A stretch of 64,000 nucleotides of DNA from Gekko japonicus (Eukaryota): contig NW_015166439.1 of assembly GCF_001447785.1 (NCBI RefSeq), positions 1 through 64,000 of the forward strand. Direction: 5' to 3'. The notes under the pieces are model-generated. The model worked only from the letters and a program-made list of their open reading frames with translations. It was not told the DNA's origin and searched no databases. A program made the translations under genes and the position numbers. This document shows positions 56,501-64,000 of the stretch, one piece after another; within the stretch, counting starts at the first letter, position 1, and each line of letters opens with the position of its first letter.

Positions 56501-59500
56501 AGAAGGGATGCATGCCTGGAGGAGGTAAAGATCTGAGTGGAAAAAAAGAGGAAGAGGAAAGGCACGACCCAAGCAGGAAGGGGGAGTGAAGGAAAAGTGA
56601 CCCCATACAGGTCCTAGGACACAGCTGCTTATTTTTTGTAGCAGGAATGGATAGTCAAGGTGGACGAGAAGGCCAAAAGGGGAATGGGCACTGAGCGATG
56701 CCCTCTTTGACTGGGTGACAGGTTTCTTGCTCTTGATACCCCAGACCAAGACAGATGTCCCAGGGCTGCTGTCAGTCGCCCAGCACCAAATGCCCCCTCC
56801 CCACCAAGGTACTCACTGGCCATGGACAGCACCATGGCGATGGCGGCAAACGTTCCTGCCATGCCCTGGCCGCTCAGGAAGAGGGTGCTGAACTGCTGTG
56901 GGAAGGAGCCCAACTGCCCAAAGAGGCTGCCTTGCAGGATGGCGCAGAAGGCTGGTGGCAAGGGGGAGAAAAAGACCACAAATCAGAACGTCGACCGTCA
57001 TTTAGGAAAACCAAAACGGGGGCGGGATTCAAGCCTTTCTGTAAGCCCTATCCCCCAGGTTGGGTGGCTAGATGGGTGGGTGAGTTGGATATCTATTTAC
57101 TTGGCACCAAAGGAAATGCACTCTGCACATGCTCGAAGGCATATTTTGTTAGCGCACACATCGCAAGGCTGAACCCAAACTCTGAACGCAGGTCCCAGGT
57201 CCAGGTCCTGGAGCTTAAGTCTGCAGCCAAGCGCTGATGTGCCCACACATTGCCAATCATGCACCCCTACTGCCAACTACAGGACAAACACTGCAGAAAT
57301 TGCTACACATGATTTATTAGGTCAGAGAAAGCTACGCCTGTTGAATTTATGCCAGAAAGCTATGCCTGTTGAATTTATGCCTGACATGTGGGTGTTAAAG
57401 TCAAGGAAAGAAGGCAGCAATTTTATCAGTGAGCAACTGCACAGCAACTGGGTTAAAGGAGCATAACAGCTGGAGGACAGCACGGCCTCTTAGCCACGTC
57501 ACTCGCTGACTGGTGAGTCAGAACCTCCCCAAGTTCTGATCTTGCCTCAAAATGTGGCTTTGAGTGAACTGCCTTGGGCCCCATCTCTAATTATGGGGAG
57601 GGAGATTCAACCTTCCAAGGTTGGAGTGCAAAGCATTCTACAAATGCTCAGGAATATTATTATTAGCACATCTTCTAAGGCCTGGATTGCTTCCCAGGGC
57701 CTTCCTTGCTACAGACATCCAGGAGTTGGGTTACTGACTGCAACAGAAGTCTCCCGCTACTGTTCTAACAGGGCTGGGAACAGAAAGAGAGAGAGAGAGA
57801 GAGAAAGATCCCAGACCACTCACAGTTAATGAACCAGACACTCGCCATGGTAATGGAGAAAAAGCTCTGGGGCAGCATCTCCACCTTGACAAGGGTAGCT
57901 GTCAGTGAGAAGAGGAACAGGATCCCCAAGAGGCTGCCTAGAATGCGCACTTTGTCTGGAATGCTGGGATGGGGGGGGGGAGAGACAAGAAACAAATGCA
58001 ACACAATGATTAGATTGTCTGAATTCAGAGTCAGGGAACAGAGGAGACGCTGGCCCTGCCTCCACCACCTATGCACGATTGCCAGCTCATGAAGACAGCA
58101 CCTAGGTGGTGCATAGGAATGTACATGCCATTCCCCTTGACTGGGAATGTTGCTTTTTCAAGCATTCCTGATCATGGGGATGGGATCTACATGTGTACCC
58201 TCCCTATGTGCATAGATGCTTTGGTCATGAGCTAACGATCACATGTAGGTGGGGCCGGTGCACCTGTGCACACTCTCCCCTCTATGTTCTCATTATGCAT
58301 ACGAGCTTTACGAGACATACTACTACCCTGACCTTTACTGTTTGTCTCCCCCTACACACATTTCCTTGTACCCAAGGGGTATCCCACAAACATCAAAACA
58401 CAACACTCAAAGGGACTGAATGCACACATAGCAGATCAGGGAGAGGCCTGACTTCAAGCCCAAATTACTGAGCATTCAAGAAATTTCTGTAATTTTTACA
58501 GCTCTACCGGTTAAGCTGAGCTTCTGTGACCCCCCCTGCAAAGGATCTGGAAGGCCTAGGTTCAGATTATACTTCTGTCACGGACTCACTGCATGGTTTT
58601 GGCCAAACAGCTCATTCTGCCCTTTGTACAACAGAAAAGATAATGGCCTACTTCACAGCAGCATTCTGAAAGCAAACACAATACAGGCTTTAAGACTATG
58701 GATCCTTTTATATAGGAACTTAAACTTGGTGGGGCAAGCATGTTTGCACAGAGCAAAGTGGAAGGGGCAGTGCTGGAGGAAAGGAGAGAGGGCGGGTGGA
58801 GAACGAAGACTGGGAAACCAATCCTGAAGTGGGGACCTGGGCTGAGGTTAAGTAGCATGACTGTGGCTGTTCTCACCATTGGTAGAGGAGGGAGTTGAGG
58901 AGGGTGAAGAGGAGTAAAGGCAGCTGGGAAAGCAGAGTCAGCCAGTTGCTGAAGTTGAAGTCATCTGTGCACGGAGGTGGGGGTTCAAGGCCAAGGATGG
59001 TTCTGTTCGCAATGGTTGTGTTCTCATTCTCCTCACAAGCAGAGCAGTTCCCAGTGATAAGCCGAGACTGGAAATACTGTGGAAAGGGTCGTATTTGGCA
59101 GGATGATTACGTTTCCACATATACAAATGTAACAACCGGGGCTCACATTTGCCCAGGAACCACTCTTTTGAAACCCAAGGTAAATGTGGTTAAGGCACTC
59201 TTCATTCATACTATGCCACACATTCCAGAGCAGCACAAAATAAGGCCAGGGCTTGAGTTCTGGGGCTGCTCAGCTCAGTACATGCCCCAGGTATATTCCT
59301 TTGACCTCAGAGCTGTGCACATGTGAAGCTGGCTTACACTTAGTCAGACCATTGGTCCATCTGGACAGTACTGTCTGACGGGCAGCTCTCCGAGATCTCA
59401 GGCAGAGGTCTTCTACATCACCTACTACTCAATCCTTTTTTAAAAAACAACAAAACTAGTGATGGTTGGTAGCAGTGTTCTCTCTACGCTGAGTTAGTGT

Positions 59501-62500
59501 GAGCAAGTTCACAGTTTGTTAGCCTCCGGCTCACACATTTTTGTCTTAGCTCAGGCAGGATGGCTTCAGAGCAAACTAATTTATGCAGTAGCCAAATGCC
59601 TTGCTCACAACTTTAATGCCAGTAGCTCTCAAAGTAGAATTTTTGCTCGCAAGACTTCACAGCTTAAAGGGAGCATTGGTTGGTAGTGAATCTGGGACCT
59701 CCTGCGTGCAAAACAGATGCTCTGCCACTGAGGGACAGCACACCCCCCCCCCACATGCACACTTAAAGTTCCCACCGGAAGGAAGCCTCAATTAGGGGTT
59801 TTGGCAGCATCTCAGGGCAACCTTCTACCAAACAAACAGAAAAGCAAAGCAAGGAAAACAATAAAACAGGGGAATTTTAGAAAACCTCATAAAAACAGAG
59901 GTTAAACAAACAAGATTGCCTATATTTTAACTGTGCCTCTAACTTACAATTCCCTGGTTGCCTCTTTGTGCATTCCAAAACAGGTCCATAAAAGGGCAGG
60001 GCTTAGACCAAATCAAGACTGAGTCAACAGCCTATGAGCAGCAACTGACCAAATGGAATCTGGTCCCACTGGGCATTTCTGGAGGCCCATTAGAGACTCT
60101 TGGTAATGCCTGCCTGGGAAGGCCTAAGACCCTGCAGTATTTTCTTTTTGTGCTCCCTGGAGCCATTCTATCAGATATGCCCTGAGTCTCCTGCTTGAAA
60201 CTTAATTCCCAGGCACTCATGGGCCAAATTTGGATCATAACTGCTACATCTGGAGAGAGAAGCCTTAAGCCTCCCCCTCCGTGTCATTATCCTGACCTGA
60301 AATGGCCCTCAGGAGTCACTATTTGCCTCATTGGAGAAGTTTTCTTCTATGGAGCAAACAGCAATTCTCCAAGGCCATTTCGGGGCAGGAAAATGATGCG
60401 GGGGGGGGGAATCTTAATCCCCCTCTCCCCTTGTGCCATGGTTCCACTATGAATCAGGCCCCCACATGCTGAAGAACTGAACACAGTTGGCAGCTGGCAG
60501 AATCTGGGTACAGATTCAGCAAAAGTATAACATGTAATTAGGCCTCCCTGGGGCTATGAGAAGAGGGGGACTGCCAACTACCTATATAAGAAGGATACAC
60601 ACTGGTAGGGTTGCCAACCTCCAGGTGGGGGCTGGAGAGTTCCCTGATTTAGAACTGATTTCCAGACTGCATAGATCGCTTATTTATCATTTTGTTGTCA
60701 AAGGCCAGAAATGTGTTCCAAGTAAAACACTCACCGGAATAGCAGTGATGAAGAAGTTCCAGGGAAGGAGAGTTCCCAGGCCGAGAAGGAAGAAAATGAT
60801 TGCCACGCAATGGAAACTGGCAATTTGGGGAGAAAAGGACACAACAGTTAAAAGGATTTCAGGCTAGGGAGACACATACGCTCAACCACAGGCTTTATTC
60901 TTGTATTATATTTACACACCATCTCTAGCAGCGCAAAATAAAAATAGAAGTATAACGAAAAGCTAAAGCAGTGGCATGTATCCACCTCTGCTAATGTGAA
61001 GGTCATAACATCAGTGGAAGCATTTTTAAAAAAACTGCAGCAAACTGTTGCGAAAGACAAAACATCACTGCATTCAATGGCCTATTTCCGCTTCTGCAGG
61101 GCGCAGCACTAGAAACAGAATATTGTGTATGACTGGGCATTCATTTAAATTTACAATAGTGCAGTTGAAGAATATATTTTCAAAGCGGGACATGGTAAGA
61201 ACCACACTACTTGCACATCAACCTTTGCATTAAGGAAACGCCGTTTTACTTAGAGCAATTCTGCATTTTACGAAATCCACTCTGGAACAGAAATTCCCCT
61301 CTGCATTGCATGCTGCTTTCACTTTCTTTGATCGTTTGCTTTCTAAAAGTCAGAAACAAGCAAACCCAACAGATGTGGCAGCCAGAACAGGGTATCTTCT
61401 GAACATTAGGAAGAACTTCCTGACAGTTAAACCAGTTCCTCAGTGGAACAGGCTTTCTCAGGAGGTGGTGGGTTCCCCTTCTTGGGAGGTTCTTAAGCAG
61501 AGGCTAGATGGCCATGTGACAGCAATGCTGATTCTATGACTCACTATGATTTTAGGCAGATCATGAGAGGGAGGGGACCATGAAAGGGAAGGGATGAGCC
61601 AGTGTTTGGCTCTTGTGGCCCTTTCTTATATGCCCAAGGTAATGCCTGGGCATATAATGCATCTGTTTGGAGTCAAGAAGGAATCCCCCCCGCCAGATTG
61701 GCCCAGGGATCCTGGAGGTTTTTTGCCTTCCTCTGGGTATAGAGCTGGGGTCACTGGGGGAGTGGGGGGGGGAGCTGTGAATTTCCTGCATTGTGCAAGT
61801 GGTTGGACTAGATGATCTTTGAGGTCCCTTCCAGGTCTATGTTTCTGTGAGAAAGCACAAAAGCACAAAAGAAAATACCCAGAAAAAGATGTTCAGTTAC
61901 GTAAGAAACATGCCACTTGCACAACAACCTTTGCATTAAGGGAACACTGTTTTATTTAGGAACTTGTTGACATTTTCTTGGATACACACCAGTAAAGCAG
62001 TCAAAACACCATCTGAGACTCTCCAGCATCCTTTATGCCCTGTGGTTGGTCTTCCAGAGGAACTGGTTGGGCACTGTGTAAGACAGGATGCTGCACTAGA
62101 TGGACCACTGGTCTGAGCCAGCAGGGCTTGTCATAAAATGGTACTCCGTGTAGACCCATAAAGGTAAGCATAACATGATCTCTCTAGCTAGCACCCATCT
62201 GGATTAGACACACTTTACAAGTATCTTTCAAAGGCAGACCCCACAGAAAACACACTATACAGCCCACCCTCAAGGTCACCATAGTAAAGATAAGGTAATC
62301 TGCAACAGAGAGATGAGAGGTATGAAGGTGGGGAGGGGGGCTTGACCCTTCTCTCCACTACCGCTTCCTAGATTATTTCTAGCCTCAAAATCTGGATGGA
62401 AAAAAGTAAGAGGGAAGCAGCCAGGGACCAAGAGAGGGGGAAGAGGGGGGGAGAGACCCCGACCCTCTCAGTCAGAGTGCCAGGGAAAGAACCCGGCTGC

Positions 62501-63662
62501 ATGCAAGGCATGTGCTCTACTATCAAGCTATGGATATTCCTCTATAAGTTGGTGAGGAGGAGGAACTTTAGGGTTTCAAGCCAGAATGGTCAAGTGAGCA
62601 GCCCTAGCCTATCATGGTGCCCAGGCCTCCCCCCTCCCCCCCCATCCCTCCATGTAAAACTCCTGTGTTCTTGCACAGCAAATGTGCATGAGAGCTTCCA
62701 GGGAGATAGCCTTTTGCTTATTCATTTGCTCATTCCCCTGCTTGAGACGCTTGGGTGGGTAACAGGAAAGGCAGCAAACCAAAAATCCCCACACACGTTA
62801 AAATTCCTCCAGGGGTGGAAACATTCAAGCCTTTCCGGTCTCCTGGAAACTGGGCAGCAAGGGGGGCGGGGTGACAAACAGATGATGGAGGGGAGGCAGT
62901 TTTTCCTTGGCTTGCTTACCTCCCTCCCCCCCACACAGAAATGTTGTGTTTTGGTAGTGAAGGAAGGAAGGACAGAAGCCAGACCCACCCTGCCAGCCTC
63001 TCTCACTCATGGCCAGACCGGAAAGTCAGGTTTTGGGGAAGTGCAACTCACCAAATACTTCTAATCCTGATACCTGAGCAATTCATGCATGAAACACTCT
63101 CCTCCAGCCAAATACATACCTGAAAGCACTTTTTTTTAAAAAAAGGACACACCTTTTGCCTTCCTCTGTTTTGTCTCTTTTGCAAAAACAACCCTCTGAG
63201 GACATTGGAACACTTCCATAATTGGTCTAATTAGTGTTGAGTTGGGGAAGCAAGTCAGCCTGTGTTGTGGTTCAGTGGCAGAGCCTCTGCTTTGCACCCA
63301 GAAGGTCAGGGGTTCAGTCCCAGGCATCTTTGGTTATAAAAGGATCAGGTAGTAAGCTACGAGAAAAACCTCTGCTTGAGACCCTGGGGAGTAGGCTGCC
63401 AGTGAGAATGGACAACACTGGTCTTGAGAGACCAGCGGTCCGACTGGGCAGAAAACTACAAAAGGGACTGAGTGCCAGAGGCCACAAAAAAAGAAAAGAG
63501 AAAAAGCAATTATCGGTAACGGTATAAAAACAAACTGTTACTATATACAGTGCAAATAATACAGTGCATACAGTGCAAACAATCCCAAAGTAAATCCCTC
63601 CCAAGCTAGACCTAATGCAAGTCTGCTACTCACGAGTCCTTTGGAGTTCCCTGAGAGGCCAT
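41476..63662 (-). CDS. SLC29A2: Equilibrative nucleoside transporter 2 (ENT2), spliced gene, 482 aa
   Basis: Exons 63634-63662, 60735-60816, 58877-59076, 57824-57963, 56817-56951, 55998-56095, 54502-54586, 53107-53282, 50597-50702, 47301-47386, 44997-45196 and 41476-41587 sum to 1449 nt, all GT-AG and in phase; ENT motifs LGLGTLLPWNFFIT, LQGSLFGQLG, SNGYFVSLTMCLAP. Confidence 0.95.
41805..42222. mobile_element. PIF/Harbinger-like MITE inserted in a 5S-SINE (41715-42305, -)
   Basis: GGTCCTTGCCACA / TGTGACCGGGGCC termini; 3-bp TSD TCT. Confidence 0.7.
42438..42722 (+). mobile_element. tRNA/CORE-like SINE
   Basis: Full-length family copy. Confidence 0.85.
43165..43340 (+). mobile_element. tRNA-derived SINE (Squam3-like); an older copy at ~43687-43860
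   Basis: Family match. Confidence 0.7.
43424..43615 (-). mobile_element. 5S-derived SINE with RTE-type tail
   Basis: GCCCGATCTCGTCAGATCTCGGAAGCTAAGCAGGGCCGACCCTGGCAAGTACTTGG on the minus strand. Confidence 0.8.
44997..45196 (-). CDS. SLC29A2: SLC29A2 coding exon 11
   Basis: PEKNLPVLPVVVGLRLLLIPLLLLCNIPQRSYLP...SNGYFVSLTMCLAPK, 200 nt. Confidence 0.95.
45276..45551 (-). mobile_element. tRNA/CORE-like SINE
   Basis: Family copy, inverted relative to 45604-45880. Confidence 0.85.
45604..45880 (+). mobile_element. tRNA/CORE-like SINE
   Basis: Family copy. Confidence 0.85.
45928..46133. mobile_element. hAT MITE (CAGTGTTCCCTCTAAG family)
   Basis: TIRs; TSD CATTTGAC / CACTTGAC. Confidence 0.85.
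46275..46915 (-). mobile_element. Bov-B (RTE) LINE 3' fragment
   Basis: 201 open codons: FTFLGSQITADCDSSHEIKRRLLL..KSRDITL..VKAMVFPVVMYGCESWTI..LEKTLMLGKIEG..GVAKSRTRL; (CAA)n tail. Confidence 0.95.
47301..47386 (-). CDS. SLC29A2: SLC29A2 coding exon 10
   Basis: KFFTPICCFLLFNVMDWLGRSATTYFLW|gtaagt, 86 nt. Confidence 0.95.
47570..47911 (+). mobile_element. L1/Tx1-like 3' fragment with poly(A)
   Basis: AATAAA plus A tail; TSD AAG(C/T)ATTCCTATTGG on both sides. Confidence 0.75.
48624..48965. mobile_element. hAT/Tip100-like palindromic MITE
   Basis: TAGGGATGCCA / TGGCAACCCTA; perfect TSD ATCTGGTG; central hairpin ~48789-48839. Confidence 0.85.
49222..49724. mobile_element. PIF/Harbinger-like MITE, CpG-rich
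   Basis: Perfect TIR GGCCCCGGTCACA / TGTGACCGGGGCC; 3-bp TSD ACA. Confidence 0.8.
50396..50556. mobile_element. Palindromic hAT-like MITE (one end truncated)
   Basis: TAATGTAGCCAATCCTCCAAGAGCTTACAG and its reverse complement. Confidence 0.8.
50597..50702 (-). CDS. SLC29A2: SLC29A2 coding exon 9
   Basis: IWQLALCIVLVFSVTLSVFPAITSSVTSVSDNKTW, 106 nt. Confidence 0.95.
52473..52653. mobile_element. Palindromic hAT-like MITE
   Basis: CAGGGCTCTTTTT ... AAAAAGAGCCC; near-identical inverted copy of 50396-50556; lies inside an L2-like remnant (~51900-52760). Confidence 0.8.
53107..53282 (-). CDS. SLC29A2: SLC29A2 coding exon 8 (cytoplasmic loop)
   Basis: EEGTTAVPQSS...TPTPSVIGVLQK|gtagga, 176 nt, in phase. 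Confidence 0.85.
53513..53730 (+). mobile_element. 5S-derived SINE with RTE-type tail
   Basis: GCCCAATCTCGTCAGATCTTGGAAGCGAAGCAAGGTCAG..GGATGGGAAACC. Confidence 0.75.
54235..54438. mobile_element. hAT MITE (CAGTGTTCCCTCTAAG family)
   Basis: TSD CCCACGAG / CCCATGAG. Confidence 0.85.
54502..54586 (-). CDS. SLC29A2: SLC29A2 coding exon 7
   Basis: DFARHYLKKRYQEDPGYELETKAGLLPP, 85 nt. Confidence 0.93.
54589..54790. repeat. Polypurine microsatellite (GGAAG)n/(GGGA)n/(GGAA)n with a 20-N gap (54677-54696)
   Basis: Directly visible. Confidence 0.95.
55998..56095 (-). CDS. SLC29A2: SLC29A2 coding exon 6
   Basis: GVDAQTSALSYFITPCFGTLISIICYLVLPHK, 98 nt. Confidence 0.95.
56817..56951 (-). CDS. SLC29A2: SLC29A2 coding exon 5
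   Basis: FCAILQGSLFGQLGSFPQQFSTLFLSGQGMAGTFAAIAMVLSMA, 135 nt. Confidence 0.95.
57824..57963 (-). CDS. SLC29A2: SLC29A2 coding exon 4
   Basis: IPDKVRILGSLLGILFLFSLTATLVKVEMLPQSFFSITMASVWFIN, 140 nt. Confidence 0.95.
58877..59076 (-). CDS. SLC29A2: SLC29A2 coding exon 3
   Basis: YFQSRLITGNCSACEENENTTIANRTILGLEPPPPCTDDFNFSNWLTLLSQLPLLLFTLLNSLLYQC, 200 nt. Confidence 0.95.
59473..59678. mobile_element. hAT MITE inserted in a Squam3-like SINE (59320-59735, -)
   Basis: Perfect TSD GTTGGTAG. Confidence 0.85.
60735..60816 (-). CDS. SLC29A2: SLC29A2 coding exon 2
   Basis: FHCVAIIFFLLGLGTLLPWNFFITAIP, 82 nt. Confidence 0.95.
61385..61837 (+). mobile_element. CR1 LINE 3' end
   Basis: LNIRKNFLTVK..QWNRL..EVVGSPS..VLKQRLD; GGTTGGACTAGATGATC..GAGGTCCCTTCC. 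Confidence 0.85.
63262..63450 (+). mobile_element. tRNA-derived SINE (Squam3-like), diverged
   Basis: Family match. Confidence 0.65.
63634..63662 (-). CDS. SLC29A2: SLC29A2 coding exon 1
   Basis: (M)MASQGTPKDS|gtgagt; adjacent in-frame ATG at 63665; acceptor cgcag with exon start at 63678. Confidence 0.85.
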
Positions 63663-64000
63663 CATGAAAGGTTTATCCCTGCGTGGGAGGCAGCTCACAG
63701 TGTGGGAGTCTCACCTCTGTCAAATCACAGCTGCACCTAGAAGGCAAAAGTGGAAGAACTAACTGCAAGTCTAACCCAAAAGGAGGGGAAAATCCAGTTC
63801 ATGGCTACCTCCAGAGCTCCTGAGAACTCCAGTTTTCAAAGGCAGGCTCCTGCTCATTCCTGGGATGACTGGAGAGCCATCTTACTACAAACACAGTTGG
63901 AAGGAGCAGAAAGAGCACCCAAGAGCACCATTTGGAACTCACCTCCCTACAGAGCCAGCCCAGCAGTGTCAAGGCACATGTCTTTCGGAAGCTCGGCTTC

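Noticed and set aside
62825-63086. Alternative first coding exons of SLC29A2 (MSERGWQG.., MNCSGIRIRSI..)
   Set aside because: No similarity to ENT2; 63634-63662 gives the expected 29-nt exon MASQGTPKDS.
1-64000. Prokaryotic systems (CRISPR arrays, operons, defence islands)
   Set aside because: The sequence is intron-rich vertebrate DNA with no repeat-spacer periodicity; the repeats are dispersed transposons.

Overview
Vertebrate genomic DNA, not prokaryotic. The repeat content (Sauria-, Squam3- and 5S-headed SINEs, Bov-B, CR1, L2, hAT MITEs) points to a squamate, probably a gecko (inference). Three spliced minus-strand genes were reconstructed by hand with all exon phases consistent: BRMS1 (10 coding exons, 5127-25959, 325 aa), B4GAT1 (2 exons, 30530-32004, 416 aa) and SLC29A2/ENT2 (12 coding exons, 41476-63662, 482 aa). 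An intact tRNA-Ser(GCT) gene (32695-32776, +) lies head-to-head with B4GAT1, matching the order I recall at human 11q13. Main points of interest: (1) this BRMS1 keeps a BRMS1L/SUDS3-type C-terminal domain that human BRMS1 lacks, reached through an AT-AC U12 intron and a GC-AG intron; (2) a dispersed family of short, often fold-back Penelope-like retroelements with 14-bp TSDs carrying minimal hammerhead ribozyme motifs, plus a second hammerhead type; (3) a microsatellite that appears to force a distant branch point in SLC29A2; (4) nested transposon stacks; (5) an unexplained structured CpG-rich segment in the last BRMS1 intron. Most of the supplied ORFs are spurious or transposon debris. Comparisons with human proteins are from memory; no searches were run.
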